Shown here: positions 12,595 through 24,685 of the stretch, one piece after another
Position numbering within the stretch: the stretch's first letter is position 1
Layout of the letters: each line of letters begins with the position of its first letter
From: Tubulanus polymorphus
Taxonomy: Eukaryota; Animalia; Nemertea
Length of the DNA: 64,000 bases
Direction: 5' to 3'
Assembly (NCBI RefSeq): GCF_964204645.1
Contig: NC_134026.1
Coordinates: forward strand, 19,718,467-19,782,466
Made by a program: the position numbers and the translations under genes
Notes under the pieces: model-generated
The model's input: the letters and a program-made list of their open reading frames with translations, nothing else
The model's database searches: none
Told to the model about the DNA's origin: nothing

Positions 12595-13176
12595 AAAAAC
12601 AGCTGCTTTCTAGCGAGCACCAAACATCCGAGGTCGACTGTGGGGGACTGGGGAGTACAGAAAATGTTACGAAATCTTGATGATGCCTTCGGGCACACAT
12701 TTTGTGAAATCCAAGAACCGCGGAATGTCAATGAAGATTAATCTGCTTGCAAACATGAATAAACCTCTGCATATTGGTATTTTAAGCCATGGATATGCCA
12801 CCTATAGAAAGATCGACATCTCAAAATCTAATGAACGCATTCAACCATTTTGTTGCCTCAGAGTGGCTTCTTACCTTGAATTCAAGGAAAAGTCAGGGAA
12901 TAATCTTTTGTTTAAAAAAGTCGAGGCATTTTGTGAAAAAGCTAAAAATCAGGGTAAAGTCACAGGGAGATTTCTTGCTAGATGGTGTGTGAAAAAGATT
13001 TCCAATTGATTGATTGTCTTAATTGATTGCATTCTTAGTAGATCAATTAGTCATGGAAAACGATTAACGTATCAGGGGAAAGCAAGTCAAATAAAAGTGG
13101 CCACCCTGTAAGAACTGTTATCGAGCTGCCTTGTGGCTATATTAATTAACATACATTTCTCTCTCGTTCATTGCAG

Positions 13177-13546
13177 ATATTGTTTTGCACGTTAAACACA
13201 CACAAAGTGGATATGAATAAGTTGCTCGGCGGTCAGATTGCATTGGACGATTTCATATTCGCGCATGTGAAAGGACAAGCGAAGGAGATCGAAGTGTCGA
13301 AGGCCGAGGACGCGCTTGGCCTGACGATCACGGACAACGGCGACGGGTACGCGTTCATCAAACGCATCAAGCCCGGCAGTATTATGGACAAGATCGATCT
13401 GATCTGCGAGGGCGATCACATCGAAAAAATAAACAACAAAGAGGTGAATAATTGCCGGCATTACACGGTGGCGAAAATGTTAAAGGATATCAAAAAGGGC
13501 GAAACATTCACTATTCGACTCGTCGAGCCGATGAAAAATTCACTGT
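13177..13546 (+). CDS. GIPC1: GIPC coding exon 2 (PDZ domain)
   Basis: Acceptor …cgttcattgcag. Encodes [123 protein letters not shown], nearly collinear with vertebrate GIPC1. Donor GTAAGT at 13547. Confidence 0.9.
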
Positions 13547-13564
13547 GTAAGTGTTTTTGAAAAT

Positions 13565-13795
13565 TTTTAGAAATTCCTGTCCAGTGAGTTGAATACGAGG
13601 CACGCCAATCTAGTGCATCTACATTTTGGTGCAGTGTATCGTTAGTTACTACTATTTCGGTACGTTTGACTGCTGTAGGTGCTGCCATCTTTCATTAGAG
13701 ATAAAACAATGCAGTGTACTAGCAAAGTCCATCACTGATTTATACTCCGCACTGCGTTGTAGATGTACTGAAAGTGTTAACCATCGCATAAATAC
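13565..13795 (+). repeat. About 240-bp hairpin-forming interspersed repeat (family H) in GIPC intron 2
   Basis: Shares …gcatctaca…ggtgcagtgtatcgttagtt…tttgac(a/t)g…gctgcc…tcttt…agtccatcac(c/t)gatttatac…gtagatg(c/t)actgaaag… with copies at 30321-30565, 37925-38185, 40811-41055 and 49775-50040. The ends are mutually reverse-complementary. Confidence 0.7.
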
Positions 13796-14099
13796 TGCGG
13801 TCACCATACATTTTTAATTTTCACAATGTCAGTTATCCACTGGTTAATTTCTTCTTTTTTTTGTGAAAATAGGGATGATTTTCTTATTCATTTGATTCAT
13901 TGATTTTTTCAAAATGTATACTTATCTGGTGTGTTCGTAAAAACCTACCAACCAACCGTTCACCTAGCCTCTGCGTGCACTTAGCTGTCAGGGATGGCTC
14001 CGTGGATATCCAAGTCTTGGCAATCGGATAAAACAAAGTCGATGATTACTGAGTTGATTACTCCGATTTTTGGAGGTCTAGTTCTATGAGAGAACATCA

Positions 14100-14480
14100 T
14101 TGGCAGTGCTTTATTGGCAAGAGACCACTGTCTCCCCCGGCAGGGATTCAAACATGGCATCAAGACTGCCACGGTATGAAACCCTGCCACACGAGTGCGC
14201 AGCTACAGCTTAGAAATGTCATTATTCGCCAATCAGATTTATTTTAACCTGGGTTTTCCCATTTATTGCTCTGGTAGGTAAAAAATTTGCTTCAGCAATT
14301 ATGCAATTAGCATAATTGCTGAAGCAGATTATGCAATTAGCAATCTGATTGGTGTTGCAAGTTTTCGTGCGGTAAACCTTCGCCTGTACCCAGGCACTCG
14401 GTCTAGTGTGGCAGGGTTTCGTACTGTGGCTTAGTTGAACGATGCCATCAGGTTCAAATCCCTGCCGAGGGAGGGTGGAG
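14100..14480. repeat. Inverted pair of ~55-nt GGCAGGG…CCCTGCC hairpins with a tRNA-like GGTTCAAATCC core. They flank a 190-bp spacer that contains a perfect palindrome gcttcagcaattatgc/gcataattgctgaagc.
   Basis: Read directly. The left arm 14125-14180 is the reverse complement of the right arm 14395-14460. Confidence 0.4.
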
Positions 14481-14557
14481 AGACCGCTGCGCTTTGAAAA
14501 ATTAAGTATGCATTCGTGATAGATTGTAATGATCGTGACTTCTTTACTTTTGAACAG

Positions 14558-14664
14558 CATATATCGGGCCGCCTTCTTCAAAGCGTAGAGGTGCCCCGAA
14601 TCTAGGAACCGGAAAGGCCACTATTCGTCTGAGAGCAAATGGTAGCGCAAGTATGGAAAATGAG
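14558..14664 (+). CDS. GIPC1: GIPC coding exon 3
   Basis: Acceptor tttgaacag. Encodes (S)YIGPPSSKRRGAPNLGTGKATIRLRANGSASMENE. Donor GTACGT at 14665. Phase continuity with exon 2. Confidence 0.85.
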
Positions 14665-16129
14665 GTACGTATCGATTATTCGCTGACACTAGAGGATGTT
14701 TCTGCTGCTATGGACCATGATTGTTGCTCCAAAGTCACCCTCCTAACCAATTGATGAAACGCAATGTCTATGTTGTGACGATGTATAGAGAATCCCATAC
14801 TAATATAACGAAAGATAAAGTCTGAAAAGTTTCCTTTCAGCTATAAATTTATTGATCCAACGTTTCGACTATAACCTAATAGTCATATTCAGGAATCACC
14901 CTCCTTTTTAGGGACTGTGCGGAGCCCCAGCAGGCCATTACGTTCACTTGTTGTTATCCATCAGTCGCTTGGCAGAATCTGGTATTTTTGGAGACTTTTC
15001 ATTATGCTTTGATGTATGATATTTGGTTTATGTATGTATCTGCCCTAGATGTGTCTGCTGCCTGAATGCTGGGCCGATTGGTATCTATATGGCTGGCCTT
15101 TAGTCAATTTTGTTTTGGCAAAATGATTTTTGATTGAAAATGAAGTTTTGATTGGAAATTTTGAAGATGCGAAATTGTCTGATCACTCTAGAGCCAATCA
15201 GATGGCTAGCCCTCGTGGAACAGGAAAATTCATTTTATATCTTGGCACTTTTCTTTGGTAGAATCTCGAAATAAGAGATGGGTATTTTGGGAAGAGGTCT
15301 TTAACATATCAAGCAGGTTTTCGCATTCCCAGTCAATTGTTACACAGACAGTGTGGACATCTTAGTTTCATCAGTTCTCGTATCTAGAGAATGCCAAAGT
15401 AAATATCGAGCATAATAAAAGTCTTGATATTCAGTAATAGTTAGCACTGTCATAACCGTAGGACTCATCTCGCATGGAATTGGGGCTTCGCAGTGTATTG
15501 TTCAAACCACTGGGGAAATTTAGATATTAATTGAAATGTATCAAATATTTCAATTTGTATTGGTGCCTACATATGCATGTTTTTGTAATCACAATCGATA
15601 GCAAAGTTGTAGTCCATGACATTGTCTAATGATTGTAAGGGCGTACTCTTTTATGACCTCCGAAGTCTCCGTCCGAAATCTCCGGTTGGCTCCACACAAA
15701 ATCTGAATCACACCACCTCGACAGAAAGGAGGTTTCGGAGACTCCAAAAAGTCACGTGACCAATAAAAGAGTACGATTGGAGGCAAACGGATTCTCCGAT
15801 CTGATAAAAGAGTTCGCCCTAAGGATTTTCAAGGTCATTGCGTTCCACGCATACATTCACCATAATTAGTAAACATTTCAAATTGCCAACTTATGGGGTT
15901 ATTTTTGGACTTTTCGGCCTAAACCTCATATGTAAACTAATCATTGAAGGTTTGTTTATGGATGTAACAGTATTCTGTAACATAATACAAATTAATATCA
16001 ATTGAAACGCTGAATGAGTCTTAAATATTTCTAGACTGTGTACAGCCAGAAATTAGAGTTATGAAAAATGCCGGGCACCAGAAAGTTGGTTTGGCGTTGT
16101 TAATAAAGTCAATACATCGGAATACCACT

Positions 16130-16265
16130 CTGGGCATTAGCACTAGCTTTTTCCCCACTTGATGGCAGAGTGAGAGCAACTTCAGCCATCAGGATTCAAG
16201 TCCATGAACACTAGTTACCAATGGCTCAAGCCACTTAGCTATAGTGCCTCTTATCAATTACCATG
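16130..16265 (-). repeat. tRNA-derived SINE-like element
   Basis: The minus strand reads GGCACTATAGCTAAGTGGCTTGAGCC…GGACTTGAATCC, which has D-arm and T-arm likeness. Confidence 0.3.
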
Positions 16266-16479
16266 AGGATGTCTAAACCATTTGAAATGAGCTTCTGTTT
16301 TCATATTAGATTTCATACAAATCTTCTTCACTGCATTTCTACAATTCACTTGGGAATTTGATCATTCTATATGGGGAATTTATGGAGACAGCTATCTTTT
16401 CTGTATGGGTTTTGATGTTTCATCTGCATATTTTATTCCTTTATCAAATGTTTCATGGTATATAAATATTTTTTTATAG

Positions 16480-16561
16480 TTTGACAAAGCTGAACAATCA
16501 GCAATTAAGAAGATTGATGAACTGATAGAGAACTACCTGGGTGTTGCAGACGGTGTTTTAG
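16480..16561 (+). CDS. GIPC1: GIPC coding exon 4 (GH2 start)
   Basis: Acceptor tttttatag. Encodes FDKAEQSAIKKIDELIENYLGVADGVL. Donor GTAAGT at 16562. Confidence 0.85.
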
Positions 16562-17170
16562 GTAAGTAACTTCTGAGTGTGATATCGTTTCTTATGATAT
16601 TCATAGCAAGGAATAATTTGACGGAATTAATGAATTAAAACTGAATCTGGATTGTAATGCTGTAGTGGGATGCAATGCAAAAGCAGAGACTGGTTGCATA
16701 GTCGAGGCCTTAGATATAATGCAGCAGCCTAAGTTTATTTTGGCTTAATTGCAAATCTGGACTATTTGCTAGCAAGCTTCTAGTTTTGAGAAACTCTAGA
16801 AGAGCCATCGACTGAGAAGCACTGCCACCACTATGATCTGAACCTGTTCGAGTTCTTGGTTAAGATTCTGCTATAGGGTAACATGTTCGCTGATGACTAC
16901 GAGACATCACCTAGTTCCGGTCCTTCCATCATTGCCACTGCCAGCCATTATCATAGCTGATCCTGCTTCTTATGCACTTGTTTCAATTTCGCAGTCTGGC
17001 AATCGGAATGATAGAATTCCTGATTGTTGGCGATGTGAACAAAACGTGTAAAAGCATTGAAAATGAACTGATTTTTATGTAAGAAGTGTAGAACTACGCG
17101 GAATACTGTGATGGTTTAAACCGCTCGGCCACTGCGAAAAATCGTTACCTGATCTTGTTGTTAATTTCAG

Positions 17171-17361
17171 CTCAAAGTATATGGGAAATCGGCAAGTCGA
17201 AGGATAATCCGAGTCAATTCGCGTTGGAGGTGGACAACAACTTCTCGGAGTTCGGCTTCTCCGACGAGATCGTGTTCGACATCTGGGGCGCTATCGGCGA
17301 TGCGAAAAGCGGCCGACTAGCCGCTCAAGACGAAGCGATCGAATTCAACGAACAGTTTTAA
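17171..17361 (+). CDS. GIPC1: GIPC terminal coding exon (GH2 domain), stop TAA at 17359-17361
   Basis: Acceptor ttaatttcag. Encodes (A)QSIWEIGKSKDNPSQFALEVDNNFSEFGFSDEIVFDIWGAIGDAKSGRLAAQDEAIEFNEQF*. The motif FDIWGAIGDAK is a GIPC hallmark. Confidence 0.9.
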
Positions 17362-18289
17362 CACGCAGCTCTCAGTTGTCGTTTCGCTCGCGCTCGTCCT
17401 CCGTCTGAATGAAGAATCGGACGTTCTTGAATAATGATAGTTATGATGTTAATAGAGAAAGTAACGATGATTGAAAAATGGCCATTCGATAATTATGTGA
17501 TAATAATGACGCAAGGTCCACTGTTCCATAATATATATACCTTGCCAAATCGGGGGAAATCTATCTAAAACCATCTTTAACCGTCTTGAAATGAAATGAA
17601 TTGCGAGTTCACTACTGAATCATAAACTATGGCTATATTGCCGTACTGTTTGTTCTTTTTTGGCCAGGTAAGATATCTATGGAATTCTTACACCTAGTAT
17701 ATGCGATGAAGTGGTATAACCATAGTTTACTGTATTGGAAAATTGTAGCTCTGTACTCTGTTGGCTTCGTGAACATAAAAGAAACGTGGCCCTACAGGAG
17801 GAACATGGCGCATACCAAATATACAATGCTATACCATGCACGAAATACTTCTATGAACGGGAAGTCTTCAGCCTTGGACGTACTAGCCGAATTTCGCTGG
17901 AATTCATTTGGGTCTGTGCTGAATATCAAATGGATAAATACATGCATATGAGATACTCTTTCTCGACGTCTGGTTTTTGGTATTTATCTGATTGCGTTAA
18001 AATGGAATGAATGCTTGACTGTACGTATAGAACAAGTTCAATTCAGGGGAGTGCCGATTTAGCGTCAGGACGTCGGACATACCAGCCTGTATCCAGTGAT
18101 GAAATTCGGCTAGTGCATCTGCGGTTCTATATTCTGTTGTCCAAATTTTGTTTTTGAAAGAGCAGCACTACACGTTTTCACATGGAAATGAATGAAATTG
18201 GTGACTAAGAATTCTTGGACGTTGATAATGTAAATGTAAAATAATTTTATGAATTAGTAATTGGGACTGATTTGCGTAGTAGTGACCTA

Positions 18290-18640
18290 AGTCCTAAATC
18301 CCGGGGCCGGTTCCATAGTCGAGTGATCTTAAATCTTAAGACTGTTCTTTAAAGTTGTTAGATGGGCTATAGAACCGAGAAGGTCTGTCTTAGACTGGTC
18401 TTAAGTCTAAGCCATGACATCGGCACCAGTCCCTGAATCTTAAGACTAGTCCTAAGCCGTTAGGTTGGCTATAGAACTAAGAATGACGGTTGTAGATTGG
18501 TCTTAAGGCTGAGCCATGACTTTGGAACCAGCTACTGGGTCTTAAGACTAGTCTTAAGTTGTTAGATCGGCTATAGAACTAAGAATAATGGTCTTTGACT
18601 GGTCTAACCGCGCAACATGCCCCTGGGGTTATAAAATAGT
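18290..18640. repeat. Tandem satellite, three ~115-bp units (tcttaagactRgtc…ggctatagaac…ggtcttaaGtctaagccatgac…)
   Basis: Direct tandem repetition is visible. Related fragments occur at 39575-39700 and 41055-41165. Confidence 0.8.
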
Positions 18641-19124
18641 TGATTGAATACCATCGCTAGCTTGGCTCTTTGTATGTCTCGGAAAAGAGCGATTTGCACA
18701 AATTTGTTGTTGAATTTGATGCACTAATTTATGTAGAAATCGAATAATTCTGCGATTGGAGGGATATGCACGCGTCTATAAGTAATTCACGTATGTGTAA
18801 AACGCGTGGGATGCAAAAATGCGGAATGGAATCCGTATTTTTAATATCCGAATTTAAATTAACATTCCATTCGTGTTTATCTTTATATTTATCACACAGT
18901 AAAGCTGTTTAATCCGTATCACTCTGCAGAGGTTTAATGAGAAATCAAGGTCCATTCGTCCATGCTTCATGTCAGATTTATGAGAATTGTTACTTTGAAG
19001 TCATTGTGGGAAATGCATAGTGAACAGAAATTCATATCGTCTTTAGCCAATAAGAAATCGTAATTCATTTATTCAATGATATCCACTGTATGTAATACAA
19101 CAGGCTAACTGATTAGTTCCACAG

Positions 19125-19235
19125 ATTTTCTGGGCGGGTATTACCTTTAAGCCGGGGGCTAACTAAATTAAAAATTTGTTAAGTTGGCCCCCGGGTTAAA
19201 AGTAATACAAGTCTGTAAAACTGGCCCCTGGTTTC
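19125..19235. mobile_element. MITE family B (palindromic, ~115 bp), partial copy
   Basis: Matches CAGGGCCCGGTTTTATAGACTAGTATTACCTTTAACC…GGTTAAAGGTAATACCAGTCTATAAAACCGGGCCC. Other copies at 27552-27650 and 37090-37205. Confidence 0.7.
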
Positions 19236-20879
19236 TAAGTTCAATCTAAATTTCAATTCCTGTAAAATCCATGGATTATCTGATTATCGTTAAACTCATC
19301 GGAATTGAGCGGCTTTACCTGTACATATATTAGCAAATTATACACTTATCATGTAAAAAAATTGTGTCTTTCAAACTTATCACATTCCACCTTTTTCCGA
19401 GCGTTACGGTCGCCTCTGGGCCGCCGTCGTAACATTGGTTTTCAATACGCACCACATGAATCTGTCCAATAATTTACTGCACTGTCCATCAGGCATTCCG
19501 TCGTCTTTAAAACCGAAATGTAGTACTTATAAAAAGATATTTATATATATACATATACATATATATTTATTATGATTATGATTATAATTATAATTGTATG
19601 TTTATTGTGATTCTTTTGTCAGTGATCGAGCTTTTTGCTTTCGAAATGTTACTTTGTATTTGGATGTTTCGAACGCGATCTGGTCGGCAGATAGATAGCG
19701 TTTTCAAGTTCGGTTATATACATATATACGAAATTTACCAATTCGTGGAATATTTTAAATTTGAACTAACCAACTGCACATGTGTCGCAATTTTAAATCG
19801 GATGTTACGTTATGGTCAACCTACGATCTAATTGAAATTATTATCAGAGTTAACTTGTTACAGATTAAATCGCATTCCAACCAGATGTAAAGTACTACTG
19901 CGGGTAGAGTCTACTCTCATTATGGTACCCTAAAAAGAATCAATAATACTCTTGAAATCGGACTTGTTTCTAAATCGACTACCACTATTTTTTATGTCAA
20001 CTTACTCCCATTGTGATGAATTTGTACTCTGAATGAAAATATCAAGTTAGCCAGCCCTAGACTCCAAGAAAACTCGACCTTTAGATTTGTTACAAGTATG
20101 TGTGAGCGATACCGGGTGTACAAACATATTTGATGTTTAGATGAAGCTTACATTCGAATTTTTGTAATAAGCCCGCTGCTAGGTCATTTAAGGTCACTTA
20201 GTGTCCGTAACCGAGGCCCAGCTTTATTAAAAAGTTATCCTTAAATCTTTTTGTTTAGTTGCTACTTCGGGTTTTCAACGAGGACAACAATTCAAACCAA
20301 ACAGTTTAAAGCATAAACTTTAGCGTGAAACTAGATCTAGGGAGGTCCCTGCTGGAAGGAACAAATTTCATCAATGGCGATAAACTTAACATCGTTGTTG
20401 GGACAATGAAAATTTTTTTGAGATATGAAAATAATTTCTAGTAATAGCAATTAATGTACCGGTAGTATCTTTTGAAAATCATTTCAAATGTAGGTGCTAT
20501 GTAATAAGATGCTTTCAGAGGGATACGACCTGCTTGCCACTCATATAGGATGATCTTCAGTCTCATGATGAAAGCAATGAATAATTTACATTGGATTGGT
20601 TAAATTTTTTTTGTTTTGTGTGTTCAGAATTAAATCATCAGCGCTGTAGTAGTGCCTTAAAAATCTGTTTTCATGTATACTTTAAGTTGGTGTACTTATG
20701 AAAGTGCGAACGGATTCTACATCAAAGAAATATGATGATCATTTTGTGTTGCATATCAATGTTGTTGATGATATAATTATAATGTCTTACTTTATTGAAA
20801 ATATATACGAAATGAACACATCTTGCATGCAAAGATATGTAACAGTTGCTTTATGTCTTTTTCGGTTATTGGTTCTCAG

Positions 20880-21240
20880 GCTTCCGTGAGACCCGTATTA
20901 TCGTACTGTCGGTGTGTGTGTCTTTCGGCTACTTAGCTTTGTTGCACTATATGCTCCTGTAGTGGCCAAGCCGAGGACCATAATGATAATAGTGGGTCGA
21001 TCTTGATGAAACTTGGGTTCAATGTTAGTATAGGTTTCTAGTGGTGCACTACAAAGAATGGGCCAAGTGCACCACCTAGTGCCAGAACTACGGGTAGGCA
21101 CTAAAAATTGTCAGCGACATGACCATAACCGAGAAAGGGTTGAAATTCAGTAAGTTGTCTTTACACAATTTAGCTATTGGCCTTTGATATAACATATCAA
21201 AAATGCAATGGGAACTGACGCATGATAATTTCAGAGTTTT
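20880..21240 (+). repeat. Dispersed repeat family 4 (copy 1)
   Basis: Collinear similarity with 53327-53690 (…cttccgt…gacccgtattatcgtactgtc…ctacttagc…gtcgatcttgatgaaacttgggt(t/a)caatgttagtat…gtgcaccacctag…gtcagcgacatgacc…aaaatgcaatgggaactga…). Confidence 0.75.
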
Positions 21241-21895
21241 CGCAGGTTTCCTTTCACCTATTGATGAGAGAGGCCAGTAAGGGGATCCTTTACAAGGAAT
21301 TGCCACCATCAGGCTTCGTGAACGTGATAGACAAAATCAGAGACCGATGGATGGTCAATCTGCTAGGGCAGATTTCATTTTTCATAGTTGACTAGTGGTG
21401 GGAGCCAATAACTGAACGTGCTATATAGTTTGGTCTTGATGCATTTCGCATATTCGGCCATCTTGGACATAGGTCTGAACTACTGCAACCGTGCGCAATC
21501 CTGTGGTCGACTTTTTCTGACAGACTGACATTCTGTTTCACTTAAATTGTGACAAGCTCTGAAAACCGAAATTCGCCCTGGCTGATCTTTCTTTCAATTG
21601 CCCAGATTTTGTTGGATCCATGCCCTCTGAAAATTGTTGCTCTATCATAGTGGTGGCCAAGCATCTGCACCTTTTTCGACTAGAAATTGGTGTGACCTAA
21701 GGTATATCTGCAATGGATGGTATATGGTATACATAGTAATTCATTTATTGGTCAGAAAACCATTTCAACATATCTCCAAGTTCAACAGATCCCACTTGAG
21801 CAAAGCGTACTGCATCTTTGTCCACTAACAATCAAGTCCAGTAGAAAAATCATAGGCTCTTCCAATAAAGACGAGGATTAGCAATATATACAATC

Positions 21896-21901
21896 TTTAT
21901 T
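21896..21901 (-). terminator. Candidate polyadenylation signal AATAAA for the ERI3-like gene, ~80 nt past the stop
   Basis: TTTATT on the + strand. Confidence 0.3.
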
Positions 21902-21979
21902 CAAACAGATGGAAAATTTACAATGTCGTCAGAATAATTGAGAGACTAGAGCTGAAAAATCTTTTGGTCATTGTTTTTG

Positions 21980-22059
21980 TCACCTCCTAGTGGATATATC
22001 TGCTATCGCACCTCTTTCTGCTAGTTTTTTCAGAATGTTGGCGATATTTCTACAGTCGT
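21980..22059 (-). CDS. ERI3: ERI1/ERI3-family 3'-5' exoribonuclease, terminal coding exon
   Basis: Minus-strand acceptor tttcag. Encodes (D)DCRNIANILKKLAERGAIADISTRR*. Matches the ERI3 C-terminal block GIDDCKNIANIMKTLA. Stop TGA at 21982-21980. Confidence 0.85.
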
Positions 22060-22544
22060 CTGAAATTGAGAAAGTTAAAACGATACTAATGCTACACCAG
22101 GGTGGCCACTTTCCACCCATTTACAAATTCCCAGTTTTCCCCGATTTATCCAGTTTTCCTTGATTCATCATCTATGTGAATACAAAAAAAACCCTGAATG
22201 AATCAAGAGAAATTTCTAGGGGTTTAAAATGTTACAATTCATTCATTTTTCATCGAGTCAGATATTGATAAAGAAACACTTTGTCAATAACATATCCGAA
22301 TTCCCTGAGTTTTCCAGGTTTATGGTAAAATTCGTCAAACCCCCTGAGATTTCAGTACCCTGATTTTTCTGATTCCCTGAGTTTTCTAGGTCAGTGGCCA
22401 CCCTATAAAACAGACAATTCTGAGCTTTATATGAAGCTATGTACAAAAGCATATTCCTGGAGAGATGTGCTGGAGGGGGAATTGAGACAGTAGGACACAA
22501 GTTGAGGTAGTGACATCACAGAATTTAATTTTTTTAACACCCTC

Positions 22545-22740
22545 TACCCGCTAAGCGCCACGTAGGGCATTATAAGCGGGTTTGATGTTTCTTTTTCCCA
22601 ATGGGGAGAGACCAGAGAAGAACCTTCGACCAAGAAACTCTGTCGCCACCAGGGTTTGAACCCATAAACCCTGGATTGACGAGACCAGTGACTGGCGGCT
22701 TAACACACTCGGCCACTGCGCCTCAAAGAATTTAAATCTA
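22545..22740 (-). repeat. tRNA-derived SINE
   Basis: The minus strand reads GGCGCAGTGGCCGAGTGTGTTAAGCCGCC…GGGTTCAAACCCTGG, with a tRNA-Ser/Leu-like D-loop and T-loop. A fragment of the same family (…ccgctcggccactgcg…) lies at 17110-17145. Confidence 0.6.
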
Positions 22741-23068
22741 CATCCATTATTGCAGCCTGGTGCTTTTTCACGTGACCTCAGCGTATCGGTGGTCGAACAC
22801 AATCACATGACAGACCATCAAAGTTTGCAGGAACTATTGAAGTCCACCACGGAATTACAGTCAGACTGGGATAAGTTGTCGCCAATTTTGAGTCGCAATT
22901 CGTGCATATCCTGTTCAATCTACTAAGAGTAAGACGTTAATTTGGATAAGTCGTTAACATAATATGACGACTATGACTATGACCAGCTATGACGACTTAA
23001 AACAGTTTGACTGAAAATGTATTTGTTTATATATCAATTTTCTATACAACTTTTTCACTGAAACTCAC

Positions 23069-23165
23069 CGATGCCACTGTGGTGTCTACCTTCGTGTTGA
23101 ATTCGTAGCATGTTCAGCATGTCCATCATTCCTTTTGGAAACGTTCCCGTCACACTGGAGTAAAC
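23069..23165 (-). CDS. ERI3: ERI3-like exonuclease coding exon 6
   Basis: Encodes VYSSVTGTFPKGMMDMLNMLRIQHEGRHHSGI. Matches the ERI3 block that contains the catalytic His (…GRPHSGIDD). Acceptor tttttcag, donor GTGAGT. Confidence 0.85.
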
Positions 23166-23361
23166 CTGAAAAATACACAAGAGCTCAAAGTTAGTAATCT
23201 GTTCCTAAACAAAGAATTTTGATCCGTTGAAATAGATTTCATCTCCGGTCAAGATTCCACAATGTTTTATGAAGAGTTTTTATCTATTGATAGATTGGAT
23301 ATGTAGAGCTCTATACGAAGCCTAATACCAGTGGTTATTTAACTTGTTTGGATACCGATAA

Positions 23362-23434
23362 AATAGCCTACCTTTTTGATGTTGATCCATTGGTTGAAAT
23401 ATTCCGAACATTCCATATCGAAATATTCGCATTG
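23362..23434 (-). CDS. ERI3: ERI3-like exonuclease coding exon 5
   Basis: Encodes (M)LPSQCEYFDMECSEYFNQWINIKK (ERI3: MLPGQCQYLGLPVADYFKQWINLKK). Acceptor tttgcag, donor GTAGGC. Confidence 0.85.
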
Positions 23435-24127
23435 GCTGGGAAGCCTGCAAATAAATAAAAGCGAACTTCGATAAATGTGATACAGTAACACAGGTAGAAG
23501 GCTTCAAAAGAATGCTGTCTCTATACCAGGTTGAAAGTTTGAAAAACAAGTAGGCATAGGCCTATACGAAGTGAATAAAGGCATACACCAGTAAACAGTA
23601 AACCCCTATTTATTCAGTGAAGGTGAAATCAGTAAACTCGGTGGGCGATTTTACTAAAATGTTTTTGGTAAACCTTCAATTTTCCTGATTCTCAGCTCGG
23701 TATCCAGCCATCTCAGCGAGCTATTTACCGTCCCAGCGCAACCGAAAAGGCAGAGTCTAATGTTACAAATGAAAGCATCCATAGGGAAACAGCTTTGTTG
23801 CCAGAAATGATTATTGAATTTTATGTCGATACAGTTTATAAAGCCCGAGCAAATCTCGAATACATGTATAAACTTTATAAATATTGACTTGAAATAAAGT
23901 TAATAACAGGACGATAAATAGCTGAAGTAGCCCTAGGCAAAGACAAGCATTCCATGGGCTGTTTCACAGAATTAATTCATTTAAGTTTAATCAGTACCAG
24001 CATTGTGTTATTGCGGTGAATGAGATTTAGTTATTCCGCGAAATGGGCCCCAGATCTATAACACCTCTGACAAATTTTAAGAAATGGAATACTGGGGTAC
24101 GTCAAATGCATTTCAAGTTTGACTTAC

Positions 24128-24213
24128 ATTGTTTTCAGATCCCAGTCGCCACAGGTAACAAATGCAGAATTTTGAAATGTTAAATTGTGATCACTCCTCC
24201 ATTGGTCGAATTC
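24128..24213 (-). CDS. ERI3: ERI3-like exonuclease coding exon 4
   Basis: Encodes EFDQWRSDHNLTFQNSAFVTCGDWDLKT (ERI3: …FVTCGDWDLKVM). Acceptor ttattcag, donor GTAAGT. Confidence 0.85.
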
Positions 24214-24367
24214 CTGAATAAGAAGAAAAGTGAATTAAACAGCAGCTAATTCATCTCATCAAGCCACAATGCCACCTACTAGAAATCGATTTCATAGAAC
24301 AAAGTTTTTCAACAACAGGCAAAGAAAACTACATGTCTTTTGACCATAACTTCTCCAAATTCTTACC

Positions 24368-24427
24368 TTTAAGACCTCTTCTATATGCGGCTGTCCATCG
24401 ACCATATCTTGCACAATACCAGTTAAC
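24368..24427 (-). CDS. ERI3: ERI3-like exonuclease coding exon 3
   Basis: Encodes LTGIVQDMVDGQPHIEEVLK (ERI3: LTGIIQAMVDGQPSLQQVLE). Acceptor tctctgtag, donor GTAAGA. Confidence 0.85.
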
Positions 24428-24685
24428 TACAGAGAAAATATACGAAAGGTTCAATGACCTTGAGACTCAAGAAAATCAAAAGTTCCAGAGTTTGGGAAAA
24501 TGAAGCAAAAAGCGCCCACGACATGCTAGGGGATGATGTAGCTAGAAAAGTTATTAAGTTAATAGGTGCCATACATTTGCGCTTAAATATAATTCAGAAT
24601 TCAAAATTTTGCACCAGGATTCAAAAAGTTTTGATATAAATCATATATCGAAAAACTAGGAGTTCAGTCATGTACATCGCATAAA

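Noticed and set aside
12677-13009. 110-aa + strand ORF in GIPC intron 1
   Set aside because: No splice context or homology. It lies just upstream of the real exon 2 and is Lys/Asn-rich, typical of AT-rich intronic noise.
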